The position numbers and the translations under genes are program-made. From positions 12,090,001 to 12,154,000 of the forward strand of contig CAIIXF020000001.1 in NCBI GenBank assembly GCA_903813345.2: a stretch of 64,000 nucleotides of DNA, in the 5' to 3' direction. The notes under the pieces are model-generated. The model was not told the DNA's origin and made no database searches. It was given only the letters and a program-made list of their open reading frames with translations. This document shows, piece by piece, positions 1-12,257 of this stretch (position 1 is its first letter; each line of letters opens with the position of its first letter). The DNA comes from Owenia fusiformis (taxonomy: Eukaryota).

Positions 1-384
1 ACCTCAATGCTTTACACAAGACAAAAATACAAGCTCAATTTAAAAGGCTGTCATATTTGTTAGCTATGTATTGAATGCCTCAAAAATATTCTTATTTATG
101 TAACGTCCTTTTGGCTAGATAGAGCATTGCCTCCAATAGTTCAAGCCCTGATCCATTGATTTATTATGTGATACAAAGCTATGTTGTTTAAGATGTTTGA
201 TTATAGTTGATATATCAGTATAATAGCAGATATAAGAAGCTTGAATTCTTAATCAAGCTAATTTAAAGATATAGAGGATGTTATCATTTGTTGTGATTTG
301 TGCAGATCCTGATTGATTGTTATGTCATAGTGAGCTGATTAGAGATAATGTTCTATCTCTAATTACTTATCAGATGTTCGGTAT

Positions 385-975
385 AAGAAAATGTAGTACT
401 AGAGAAGAAAGCAATAGAGGAGGTAGAACTAGATGAGGTAGAACTAGAGAATGTAGCACTATAGAAGGTAGCACTATAGAAGGAATCACTAGAGAAGAAA
501 GTAATAGAGAAGGTAACATTAGAGAAGGTAGCACTAAAGAAGAAAGCAATAAAGAAGGTAAAACTGTGAAAGGTATGACTAAGCACTATAGAAGGTATCA
601 CTTAAGAAGGTAGCACTAGAGAAGAAAGCAATAGAGAAGGTAGAACTGTGAAAGGTATGACTAAGCACTATAGAAGGTATCACTTAAGAAGGTAGCACTA
701 GAGAAGAAAGCAATAGAGAAGGTAGAACTGTGAAAGGTATGACTAAGCACTATAGAAGGTATCACTTAAGAAGGTAGCACTAGAGAAGAAAGCAATAGAG
801 AAAGTAGAACTTTGAAAGGTATGACTAAGCACTATAGAAGGTATCACTTAAGAAGGTAGCACTAGAGAAGAAAGCAATAGAGAAGGTAGAACTGTGAAAG
901 GTAGCACTAGAGAAGGAAGCACTAGAAAAGGTAGCACTAGAGAAGGTAGAACTTGAAATGTAGTATGAGAAGCTA
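385..975. repeat. Purine-rich minisatellite: 15-bp monomer (AGAAGGTAGCACTAG-like) organised into an 82-bp higher-order unit
   Basis: CTTAAGAAGG recurs at 601, 683, 765 and 847 (period 82 = 4x15 + 22); flanked by degenerate 15-mers. Confidence 0.95.
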
Positions 976-1489
976 GCACTCAAGGATCTCAGTAGATTAT
1001 CCTATCAATCATGATATTTACATGCTTTTGGCAAGTATCAATCTATATAATCAATCTTAAACTGCCTGTGAAAATTTGGAATCATTAAATGCTATCTCTC
1101 TGTAGATCCTTTTGTTTATTCCGCAGAATCCTATTCTTAAAACTTTTGGAACTGGAACAATTTATTTGACATACTGAATAAGATATTTTTATTTTACTTT
1201 TAAATGATGACAAGATTAAGTATAATGAATCAGTGTTGATAAATAAGCTTAAAATCCCTATAGATATGAGGGTTGATCCAAAAGTTCAGAACATTGCTCA
1301 GAGGTTGCCATGATGGCAGTCTTTATAACAAAAGGTCACAGGTTAAACAATAACAAATTTATATTTGAATGCATTCTTCATAAAAATACAAGTACTTTTT
1401 TATACTGTTTATGGATATACGTACATTAGTCTACATGTACATTTACTAATATACTGGAATGGCAGTGCTTATAAAGATGACATAAAAAA

Positions 1490-1760
1490 TGGACAAAAGA
1501 TACAACTAAAAGATAGACTCTGTTTAAATTGTAACCTAAATCAAATAGAGGATGAACTACATTTAATTTTTTACTGCCCTTCTTATACAAACCAGAGAGC
1601 AATATTCTTCAAAATACTAGCTGAAAATATTCCTATTACCAACTTAATGCCTGAATTCTTAATAAAGGAGATCATGAACAGCAAAATTAACATATTAAAA
1701 TATTTTGCCAAATTCCTCATAGATTGTAACAATGTAAGAGCATTCATATCCAGTCTTTAA
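1490..1760 (+). mobile_element. 5'-truncated 3' end of a non-LTR retrotransposon (RTE-X-like C-terminal CCHC zinc knuckle)
   Basis: Translation RLCLNCNLNQIEDELHLIFYCPSYTNQR matches the CxxC..(I)EDExHxxxxCxxYxxxR motif at the end of invertebrate LINE ORF2; no RT domain visible upstream. Confidence 0.75.
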
Positions 1761-2898
1761 CATTGTATAAGTTTGTAAATATTTGTAAATTTAGTTTGTA
1801 TCATAGAATATACATTTTGTAGCAATTATGTTTGTCAAGCCTATTTGAAAAGGTGTTTTCAGTCTGAATGTATATATCAACACTACATTAGAATCATGAT
1901 GTAATGTATTTTTCCATTTTGCTTATGACTGTATATTTGTATATAAAACACATGTAAATAACTGTATAGTGACCCATGTGTCGGAGAGACTGACATACAT
2001 AAGAGTCAATAAAAGAATATATATATTGCATCTTTGTTTGCAAAAATATTTGTTTGTACTGCCATCTATTAATTGTTCTAAAAATATTTTTACCAGATCA
2101 ATACCCAACTTGAGAAGAAAGATTTTAACTTTGTCTTAAGATTTTCAGAATCTTGAATTTTGGTTACAGAATTGACAATTTTTCTGAAAATATTAACAAT
2201 TAGCCTTTCCTCTGTAGTTCTATGGTTTCTCCACTTAATTTCTTTTTAGATTTTGTGTATAAATAGCCAAGAAATTAAAGCTTTATATCAGCTACTTTAT
2301 ATCATGTCAGTGGAGTTAAAAAGTGCTTCAAGGTTTGATACCTTCATTAAGTTATTTTTCTTATAAAGATTTGTCCCTACAAGGAGCATACACACAAAGT
2401 TTTATTGGATCTCAGATATTGCTGCTATACATTGCTGTACTATTGTACTACATATACGTGGTGCATCCTTGTGGATGGTTTTGTTTCAAATATATTATAT
2501 TGCAGAATGTTGATTGATATATTCATGCTGATGGCTGAGTTTTCCAGTATTGCACAGCCAGGGCCTGCACTAGGTTTTTGAAGTAACAGTGTGGTATCCA
2601 CACTCCATACTATCTCCAAAGGCTATATTCGATCCTTTCAGTGGCATAAAAAGTCATGTGATCGCTGATCACTGTTTGTTGTCTAATGAAATGTTTTTCA
2701 ACTTCAAAATGATGGGTTAACTTATGCAAATTAATAGGTTAATATGTTAGCTGGCAGCCGGTAGTTGCTTGCGCGAATTGAAGTTACTATATGAGGGACT
2801 AATAGAGTGTTAGGCGGTAGCCCAGCTTGAACTCTGCATTGAGGAATGTGGTTGAATCCTATCCTCATTCATATTGATGATGATATCGATGTTGTGAT

Positions 2899-3257
2899 TT
2901 ATCGTTGGAATGGGTGAATACATTGGTTCTCAGAACACTGTTGAGGGCATTGTGTACATGTACATCCTGGACATTGTTTGGGCATGGTGGGTGTGTTCGT
3001 TGTATTTTTTATCCTTTTCTCTGTTTTTTCAAGAGTTCCTAACTCATCTGATGAGCTAGAATATTTCCGGAATTTTGCACTTGTATGAATACAGCAACAG
3101 CATAATCTATTGATAAGTTTATTTTTGAAATTGTCACGTTTCTCATGTTTTCTCCAGTAGAAAAAGCAGGCTAGTCCAGTAAGTATGATAAATATAAGAG
3201 CTGAGATTGATGCCGGGATTATGAATCTTAGAGGGTCCTCCATTCCACTTCGACCTG
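2899..3257 (-). CDS. Gene A terminal coding exon: single-pass membrane protein with CCCC and a Cys-rich tail (129 aa spliced)
   Basis: Acceptor ttttcag|cag at 3258/3257; encodes (A)GRSGMEDPLRFIIPASISALIFIILTGLACFFYWRK...LCCCCIH...CPGCTCTQCPQQCSENQC..R*; joins in frame with exon 5103-5133. Confidence 0.8.
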
Positions 3258-3650
3258 CTGAAAATATACAAAACACATATGTATTACAGTCACTCCTGTT
3301 AGAAATATCTGACAAATCACATTTAAAAGCAAATACTTTGCTCTAGATATTATTGACGATATAATTCTTATTATATGGAAAGACCAACATGAATGCATTA
3401 ATTGCTACATCTCTATATATTATTAATTACCAGTATTTAAGCAAATGGTTTCATAATTTAATACAATATAACATTTTTATTTATTTCGCAGCACTACTTT
3501 AATCTTATAACTTACCTACTTTGAGTTTATCTGATTTTGAATTACTTGAGTTTTATCCCCCAAAATATAAGTACATGTAGTTCCAAAAATAAAGGTTTCA
3601 TGTGTAGCTGATTAAAAAGAAATGATTCATATATCTTGGTCTCAATATAC

Positions 3651-3860
3651 TACAGTAAAACATGTACATGTATACCCAAACACCACTCTAATCCAAACAC
3701 ACAACTATAATCCAAACACCTCTCAATATGAACACTTTTTTCCTAATTTTGTTATCTCCCATCTACTCATATATAAAATAGACCCTAAAATGGGAACACT
3801 TTTAATGTGAACACTTTTGAATGGTCCCAGTGGTGTTCAGATTTTACAGGTTTTACTGTA
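3651..3860. mobile_element. Tc1/mariner/pogo-type MITE (TA-CAGTAAAAC...GTTTTACTG-TA family)
   Basis: Terminal inverted repeats with TA flanks and internal GAACAC repeats; related copies/fragments at ~6622-6733, 14941-15120, 21915-22090, 36141-36325, 49135-49273. Confidence 0.75.
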
Positions 3861-4435
3861 TATATTTATGATCCTATGGTGTGAATTAACATATGCTTCC
3901 TTGAGGAGGTCTCCAATTATCCTAGACTGTACAAAAATACTAATTTGTTTTGGTTATCAATAATAGAGACAATATTATATTGTTGCGATGCATTTATCCG
4001 TAGATAATTATCGTGTGTTGGAATATTTATAAAACAATTGTTTGAAGTGTTGTGTTAATTGATCTGAAAAACAATAGCTTCAATTTTCATTTTAAGTTTT
4101 AGATTGAAATAAATTCAAATATGAAATATTTACTGACATTGAATGGCATTTATAAATACCATGCTAATACTATGTTAACATGTTATACTTTACTTTGATC
4201 GTATTAGACAGGTTTGACTGTATATTATGTTAGAATTAAACAGACTTTGTTCAGATAAGACAGGGTCCACTGAGTTATATTCATTAAAACAGGATTATAT
4301 TATTGAAAATAAACAAATGAAATGACACCACATAAGTCTTGCATTAAGTCTTTAAATCCCTCCGTTTGTACTTTGCCATAGGATTTTGAAGGTGAAATAT
4401 ATAGGGAAAGGTAGGTTATAAATGCAACTACCACC

Positions 4436-4638
4436 CAGCCCCTCAGCAAGGGGAGTAAGGAGGGTTCGAGCGAACCTCCCTCCCCCTGCCAAAAAGTGTT
4501 TCAAAATCATGCAGTTTTTCACCATTCTGAGTACTTTTCAAGTGATTTTGGCCACTTTTGTGCCATAGTTGGCAAATGTGAGTTACTCCCCTTTTTAATA
4601 AAGTGAACCCCCCTTGGCAAAAGCTGGCTATGGGCCTG
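4436..4638. mobile_element. ~200-bp MITE with CAGGCCC...GGGCCTG-type ends
   Basis: Shares core AAATCATGCAGTTTTTCACCATTCTGAG with 9556-9763; reverse-oriented relatives at ~30838-31008 and ~54822-54977. Confidence 0.75.
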
Positions 4639-5102
4639 ACTGCCACTGATACATACCTTGTGTTATTGGTAGAATAGCCAATATGGTGCATTCTTGCATC
4701 AGAGGATGTAATCTCATTATCTAGAATGCCTCTTTAATTGTCCATTAATAAAATGTTGTTTTCTCGCCAGGTTAATTAAACCTAAAATAACAAAGAAATC
4801 ATCCTTATATCAACTGGAAGATTCCTCAAACACTTCAATGTATTAGTTATAAAGCATTGTGTAACTGCGTTCCCTTTATGTCATTCTTTTCTTTTGCAAA
4901 TGACAGATAAGAGATGGTCGTGAAAACCACCAGAATGGTTGTATAATGTAATAGCAGGCTTTTCTTGGTTTCCTTATCAGTCTAATAGGATATCTCTGCA
5001 GTCTGAACACAACTAATATCTAATCTCCAATGAGTAAAATCTTGATATGCACTTCAAACTACCTCTTATATTAGACTATATATATAAGGATCATAGGTTT
5101 AC

Positions 5103-5133
5103 CTTTGGACTGCATAGGAACCCTTTGTGTCAT
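5103..5133 (-). CDS. Gene A first coding segment (MTQRVPMQSK+G) within exon 5179-5103
   Basis: Acceptor tttatttcag at 5180; ATG 5133 preceded by an in-frame TGA; donor AAG|gtaaac at 5102; 31 nt (phase 1) restores the exon-3257 frame. Confidence 0.7.
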
Positions 5134-6039
5134 CAATTTAGACCATCACACCATTACCTCTCTGTTTCACATATATGTCCTGAAATAAATAAAAACTGTT
5201 GATTTGTGTATGTATTTTAACACACATATTGACATATAATTTTGATTTCAAAGGGTGTATTTAGGGTTAATGTGACGATTCAGAAAATAAATGCATGAAT
5301 CAAAATTGAACATATTTTTTGTTAAATGGATTAAAGTGATTCATAATGACAATGACATGATGTTATAATAGCCTAATAATATAATGCATGATTAAGTTAT
5401 TTACTTATTTTTAAGATAATTATATAGTACAATATTAGATACAGTATTATCTTATTTTAGTAAATAAATACATTAATTACGCCTAGATTGTAACTGCATT
5501 TGCTGACACATGATGAAAGAAGCAATTTCTTTCAAATGATGAAAGTCAAAAACTAGATATCTACGTGCATATGCTAATGTTACCTCAATTAAATTAACTT
5601 ATACTTGCCACTTGACAATTTTTTGAAGTCTTATAATATTAACTATGTATATTTGTACAGTGATAACTGTCCTGCAGTATGTGCTTTCTATCACATAAAC
5701 ATTTTTCTCATGAAAAGCAGTGGCCCTATACTGGACTACCACCTATATTGCCAAAGTATATAGGGCTAATTTTGACATGAAAATCAATCAGACTGTCATT
5801 GAGGAAAAAATAATAAAACTAATACTTTTAGTGTATTTAATGATTACTGAGGAGTTCCTTATATATATATTAGCAAAATGAGGACACTCCTAACCTTCCT
5901 TCTAGATTGATGAACTTATCCTTATAATTAGACGCCCTTATACCTTATCTCGCTATCTTTATGGTTATGTACTGGAGGTCCTTACCAGTATCTAAATGAG
6001 GTACAATTTATATACATGTACTGTAGAAGTGGAAACTTT

Positions 6040-6340
6040 AACGACCTGGAAACTTTGGCGAAATTTAGCGTTGAAGGAGAGACGCCAAAATAAAAATTCG
6101 TAGAAAAATATGAAAAAAATATCGGTGGGCGATAATACCGTGAAGAATACAGATCGACATCCAGATGCTGAGTTTCGTTTCGAATACATAAATAATAAAT
6201 ACCTCAGTGCTTCCTCATCGATTTACAATCATAATTGATACTTATTTTGTTTTGCAATGAAAACATTACAGAAATAATTTTTCGATTTTTCGATCACAAA
6301 ATCTGTTATTTGATTGGATATCTACTGTCACGTGACAACT
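6040..6340 (-). promoter_or_regulatory. Probable promoter / non-coding first exon of gene A
   Basis: Local CpG enrichment, donor GAG|gtattt at 6203/6202, CACGTG E-box near 6329. Confidence 0.4.
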
Positions 6341-7250
6341 TATCACATGATTCACCATCTCTGATAGAGTATGTATGTACTAAGTATGTTTCCCAAAGAG
6401 TCAAATCTTGTCTCTCTGCCAGCTTTTGAGATACAGCAATGGGCAAAGCAAGCTGTGATATCTGATATCTTGTTTGTTGTAATACTATATCCATCAGACA
6501 ACATTTTTGTAAATAAGTTCATAAGGTAGGAACAATGTTAGACAACATGTTTAGGTTTGATAGCTAGTTCATCTTTAATTGACTCAATAATCAGGTCATA
6601 TGACATATCAGTCACTACACTGTACAAAAACTTATTGTTAAATGAACCTCTATAAGGGCCTAGGGGAACACCTCCCAAGTAGAACACTTTTTAGAGGTAC
6701 TGAAAGGTCTTTTACTTAGACAGGTTTTACTGTATGTACTTTGACCTTTATCATTGGTTAATAAAGTCTAGAAAGCACAGATATCTATTCACTGTTATCA
6801 ATTGTTATTCAAAAATTATTTTTCCGTTGTAAAAAAACTGTATGCAAACAACATGTATTACATGTATATAAATATATTATCTGCGTCATGTTAAAGTATA
6901 CAATCAACATCATTGGTAAAGCTTAATATCAAACAGATAATATAGATTAGTATGTTCAACAATCAAGTTGAAATATTGATTGAGGATCACTGAACCATAT
7001 ATTAAAGGATAATAGACATCCATAATTAATTGATTTGGTTTGGATAATGTTAGGATGCACATGGCCACATACCTCACAGTTTGTGTTTTAGTGGCTCATG
7101 CCTAATGATAGCTCTCAGAAATAAGTTCCTTCCTTTTCAAAGTCCCGTATACCAGCCAACAGCATATATATTGCCATGAACGCAACCTGCATAAGCACTG
7201 CGCTACAGCTTGTCGAAATGCAAATAATTTTTCAGCTTATATGCAGGACT

Positions 7251-7634
7251 TAAAGGTTATGTCACTATCGTGGCATATATGCCCGAGGTCTCAGTGATAT
7301 ATGGCCCGACCTTGGGAGGGACATTGATCTCTGAGAACCGAGGGCATATGTGCCACGATAGTGACATAAACGATTTATAACATACCTATGATGATGTAGA
7401 CTGGTCAGAGACTAGGCTACCATTTTTTTTTTATAGAATTGAAAAACAAATGGTTTGAAAATGATTGAAATGAGTAAAGAAAAATTGTTCGCGCAGTTTT
7501 ATCTTCGATTGATTGGTTATGACGTCAGCGCCTTGACCAATCAGAAAGTTAGCGGGCGCAGGCTTTTTACAACTTATATTGGCCTGCTGTCTTGTGTACA
7601 CTTTACACTATACATCATCATAGGTATGTTATAA
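7251..7634. mobile_element. Hairpin + inverted-repeat non-autonomous element (Crypton-like architecture)
   Basis: Palindrome 7251-7377 abutting a perfect 24-bp IR (7375-7398 / 7611-7634) that encloses GATTGG/CCAATC and TGACGTCA motifs. Confidence 0.65.
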
Positions 7635-9555
7635 TATGAATTACTGTATGCTCGTTGTTTGATGACAACATTTGATGCTACGAATAGAACCTTAGCAGGT
7701 ACCTGCAACGTTTCGTTTTGAAGGCTATTGGTGTCTTTACCCACCTTGAAGTCATGACCTACCTTGAGTTGGTGGTGCGCCCCAAGCTGTACCTTATCTA
7801 TAACTCGGTATATATTACGGAAAAACTGAATCCTGTCAACTTAAACACCACAATGAAACCATGTGATGCAGACTTGTCGTACATGTCACATGACTTGTAA
7901 TAAAGCCAAGATGAGAAAAAACCAGCATGCATCCTTGTACTTTACAAATTCTACTGTATGATGTACCATACAGATAAAACTTAAAAAACATCATAATTAC
8001 CTGTTCATAAAATAAGGCACTGAACCATGTATAGACTAGTACATGCAGGCAGGTATTCAAACGTCCTATTTCCATATAATAAAGTGTATATGAGGACTTA
8101 GGAGTACACTTCTTGTACCATCTGGATCAACAATACTAATATGCTTGCGTACCTGACAAACAGCATGTTTTACTTTCATATATGGGAGTCCACATGTGTT
8201 TTATATTCCCTGGTTAATATCTAACTCAGACTGTCTGATATGCTTGTTTGGGTCACTTTTTAGTGTTGACGTGACAGAGTGGAACTAGGCCACTCTTCCT
8301 CCTTATGTTTTTGGGACACATGATTCTAGTAAAAATTGATCTGATTTATATAGTAACATGAGAATGATATTTTTTTAGGTTTTGTTAGTTTTTAATAATA
8401 AAGATGGCAGTTACTGTAGATTCAGGTTGAGATAGAAATAATAGGTATCTGTAATTCATTTATACTTTTTGATTCTGTTAGGATAAATAGATGGTAATAG
8501 TTGTTCCATATTTTTACTGAACGCAAAATGCAAATGCTAAAAACAATGCTCTCATCTCATTCAAAACTTCACTGGAGTACTATATACCACACTTCTGCTC
8601 TGTGAATTTAACACTTTTTTAACCAAAAGCTATGTACCCTTTATTAATCGCCCAGAGTAAGGTCAAAACTTGTCAAAGTCACTAGAGGCGGGTTAGTCCC
8701 ATCTACCGAATGCTTCCATGCATATTAGATTTATAACTGTAAAACTGCTTTTAAAAAGTGAGATTAATATTTTTCCCAATGTATTAAAGCTTATGAAATT
8801 AATGTTTATGTTAATTTCAACTTCCGAAAATGAATGCTGACTGAAACCTCCATACTCTTTATAGAATCACTCTGAAATCATTATTTTTTTGATACATGTA
8901 CTTTGATTTGGCCATCTAGATGCACCAAAAAGAAGACCCTTGCCATATTCTAGTGTCCAGCATATACAAGTCTTACTGTACGGCAAGAAGAACCTGTTGA
9001 AATGACGTCCCCATAATTGGAATTAGACACCTATTAAATAAATTAGTAAACCGAGACCCAATCAGTTCTTAACTGTAAAATAACCTTAATTGAATTATAT
9101 CATAGTTAAGTCACTCATAATCTTAGATTCTATGGTGATGTCTCAGGAATACTACAAAGTAAGAAACACCCTTTCTGACATTTTGACTAGTTTTAGACAC
9201 CCGAAGAATCATAAAATAGAAGCTATCATAAATATCAGAAAGAAAGGTGTAAATGCTATGAAGTTAAACTTGCCAGCAAGCTATAAAGCATATGCCCAAT
9301 AAAGACATTTTATATCAAGTGATTGTTGTTGGTATGCTTTATTTTATAATTGCATTGTACACAGGTTTTACTGTATAATATAATGCAAAGGTATCCTTTC
9401 CAATGGTTTGATCATGGTTCTTTAAAAGAGAGCTTCATCTACAATATTTAAACGTACTTTAGTAGTCGGGGTAACATAAATGTGGTTGCCTTGTCCCCCT
9501 GGCCATGTTTCATGTTTGAGTTTGTCATGTTAAAATACTTCAATATTATTGTAAA

Positions 9556-9763
9556 CAGGCCCATGGCAAGGGGGGGGGTTCAAGGGGTTTGAACTCCTCC
9601 CCCGGCCAAAATTCTTAAAAAAAATCATGCAGTTTTTTCACCATTCTGAGCACTTTTCAAGTAATCATGGCCACTTTTGGGCTAGAGTTGTTAAAAATGA
9701 ACCCCCCTGGAATTTTTTAAAACGTGACCCCTCCTTGGCAAATCCTTCTGGCCTACTGGCCTG
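9556..9763. mobile_element. Second copy of the CAGGCCC MITE family
   Basis: CAGGCCC start, GGCCTG end, core shared with 4436-4638. Confidence 0.75.
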
Positions 9764-10403
9764 TGGTATCTACAGTTTTTACTATCTCTTTGAAAACTCC
9801 TGCAAGTGTTCGATAAAGCGGGACTCTGGTTATCAGAATGACCTCAGAAGATAGTATAGTTTGTGGTCAACTGCATTGGTAGGTGGCAAAAATCTCTCTC
9901 AAGAAAATGAAATTGTTCTAGCCAGGTCTTTGCTAAATTATTTATTGCAGTTAAGAAAATGTGTATTCCGATATACATATAGCTAGTGTGCAATGCACTT
10001 TCTCAAGTACATGCACTATCAATTCATTCTATTATAACTAATATTCAACAAAATATCGTCAAACACTTTTTTTCGATACAAGACGTAATGAAATATGAAA
10101 ATTCTCAAAAAGGCATGGCAGTAAGGTTTCACATTTGAAAGTCTGATGATCAGAAACAGGAGTTTTCATTCTTGTGGAATCCTTTCGATGAAATGTGACA
10201 AAAGTATGTAGTTAGGTAGATGACATAGGATAGTGGACACTAAATTGTCTCAAATCAAAGATAAGCCACACTATCATACATTTCTTATTTAGAATGCATC
10301 CTTTCTCCTCTCCATGTTTCTTTATTTTACAATAAACTGTAGTACCAGCACATTTTCTCCTAATTACTTTGTGCAGGTCCCTCCATGGCTACAGATCAGC
10401 CAC

Positions 10404-11003
10404 ATGTTTCAGTTTTGAAGGACTGGCTATTGTGCTGTGAACCTCCTTTTCCTATAGGCAGAGGCAGCGATCCCCCACACTCCAATTAAAGTCCAGATAC
10501 TTTTCATTATTACTTTTTCCTTTTGGCGGTATATCTTTGAATTCATAATATTCAACCATGCACTAATAAATTGTAAATACTACATTGAGGGACACCTATA
10601 ATGCCACTGGCAATTGGGTGTATGTATCTCGTGTATGGTCTGTTCTTGACTGATTGATGCCAATAAAATCTATTGATGAAAAAAATTATAATCTTGATTT
10701 TAATGTTTCAGTTTTGAAGGACTGGCTATTGTGCTGTGAACCTCCTTTTCCTATAGGCAGAGGCAGCGATCCCCCACACTCCAATTAAAGTCCAGATACT
10801 TTTCATTATTACTTTTTCCTTTTGGCGGTATATCTTTGAATTCATAATATTCAACCATGCACTAATAAATTGTAAATACTACATTGAGGGACACCTATAA
10901 TGCCACTGGCAATTGGGTGTATGTATCTCGTGTATGGTCTGTTCTTGACTAATTGATGCCAATAAAATCTATTGATGAAAAAAATTATAATCTTGATTTT
11001 AAT
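10404..11003. repeat. 299-bp near-perfect tandem duplication
   Basis: ATGTTTCAGTTTTGAAGG starts at 10404 and 10703; only one substitution noticed (gactgatt vs gactaatt). Confidence 0.95.
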
Positions 11004-12139
11004 AACACACAGCTCAGATATCATCTGCTCATCATTGGATGTAACATTTTTTATAGCACGTGAACCATATGTCCCAGTGTGGCAGTTTGAAACAGCTGTA
11101 TTAAAAAAATCAGTACAAAAAACAGCAAAAACCAGACTGATGTTTCTTACAGCAGAAACCTTCGGCAAAACTATGGCTTGCCCACTCCAGGTAGATTACC
11201 TGTACAACGCTCTTGACATTAAGCTCAACACAATGCCATTAAAACAACATTTGACTATAAGCTTATAATCTATGACGTCAAATGCTTGGGTATACTGCTC
11301 TTTAATTAATCTTTTTGAGTAATGTAATACTTGTCCTTGATTATAGAGGGTGTTGTTATATTCACTTGATATCATCCCCCTCATCAAACCTCCCTCGTGA
11401 AAATCAAACTATTAACGGCAAGAATAATGAAACCATGTGTCTAGAAAAAGCAAGGAAAAGACAATATAGCCAGGGTCATAAATAGCTATACTCTGTACTG
11501 TTTTGTTTTAACAAGTGAATAGATTATTTGAAACAGAACATGTTGCCTATTTTAGTAGAAATACGGAAGTCATCAATGTTTGTAATTTTAGTTTTTGTGA
11601 GTTTCGTCTTTTTAAGATGCATCAAAGAGCTTGTTAAAAGCTTGCAACCCTGCAAATGATAAAACTCTCATAGTGGTTTCATTATTGGGAGAATTACGCC
11701 TGGGCCTTTCCCTTTCAAGAATTCATCTTAATCCTCAAAGGTGGTCAATGAAAATTACCAAATCCCTACAAACAATTCCTAATTGAAATTGTGATCTGAA
11801 ATCATATCATATGAAATATTTTGAATGTGTATGCTTGGTTATCTGTTTCCCTGCCTCGGTGTTAGACAAGATTATAGGAAAAAACATTGAAAGATTTTCT
11901 TTGGGATTACAATATCAGTATATCTGCATTCAACATGGGAGGTTTTATCATATAATGTCTATAAAGGTCTTATCGTGCTGGGATGTCATAAATGCTGATC
12001 ATTCATGTTTTATTCTCGTACCTCACATATACAATACGCCTTATTTGGATTCATGTCAGAAAATGATTGCGATATCAGCAGATTCATGAGATTTTTCACC
12101 TATTTTTATTAGAATATTTTTTCTGGGTTATTTGCTGAC

Positions 12140-12257
12140 ATTATTGTTATGGTCATCAACTTTTTTTGTTGATGGTGTTCAGCGGTTGGTGTTTGGCATT
12201 TGATGGTCAGTGTCTGTAGCAAATGGCAGGTGGTGAAATTTTGCATGTTAATGCCCT
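12140..12257 (+). mobile_element. Short interspersed repeat, DINE-1/HINE (Helentron)-like 5' module
   Basis: GGTGTT-like internal microsatellite ending GTGACATTTTGCATGTTAATGC-like; copies at ~13288-13448, 32947-33107 (with TGTCACCACC/GGTAGTGACA IR) and 58413-58545. Confidence 0.55.

Noticed and set aside
359-601. 80-aa Ser/Phe-rich ORF
   Set aside because: Artefact of the pyrimidine-rich strand of the minisatellite
3258-3315. ORF-track start for gene A (and the GTG start at 18834 for gene B)
   Set aside because: Non-ATG starts from a prokaryotic-style caller; splice sites give in-frame ATG exons upstream
10851-11268. 105-aa and 98-aa opposing ORFs
   Set aside because: They overlap the 299-bp duplicate; no motif or splice support
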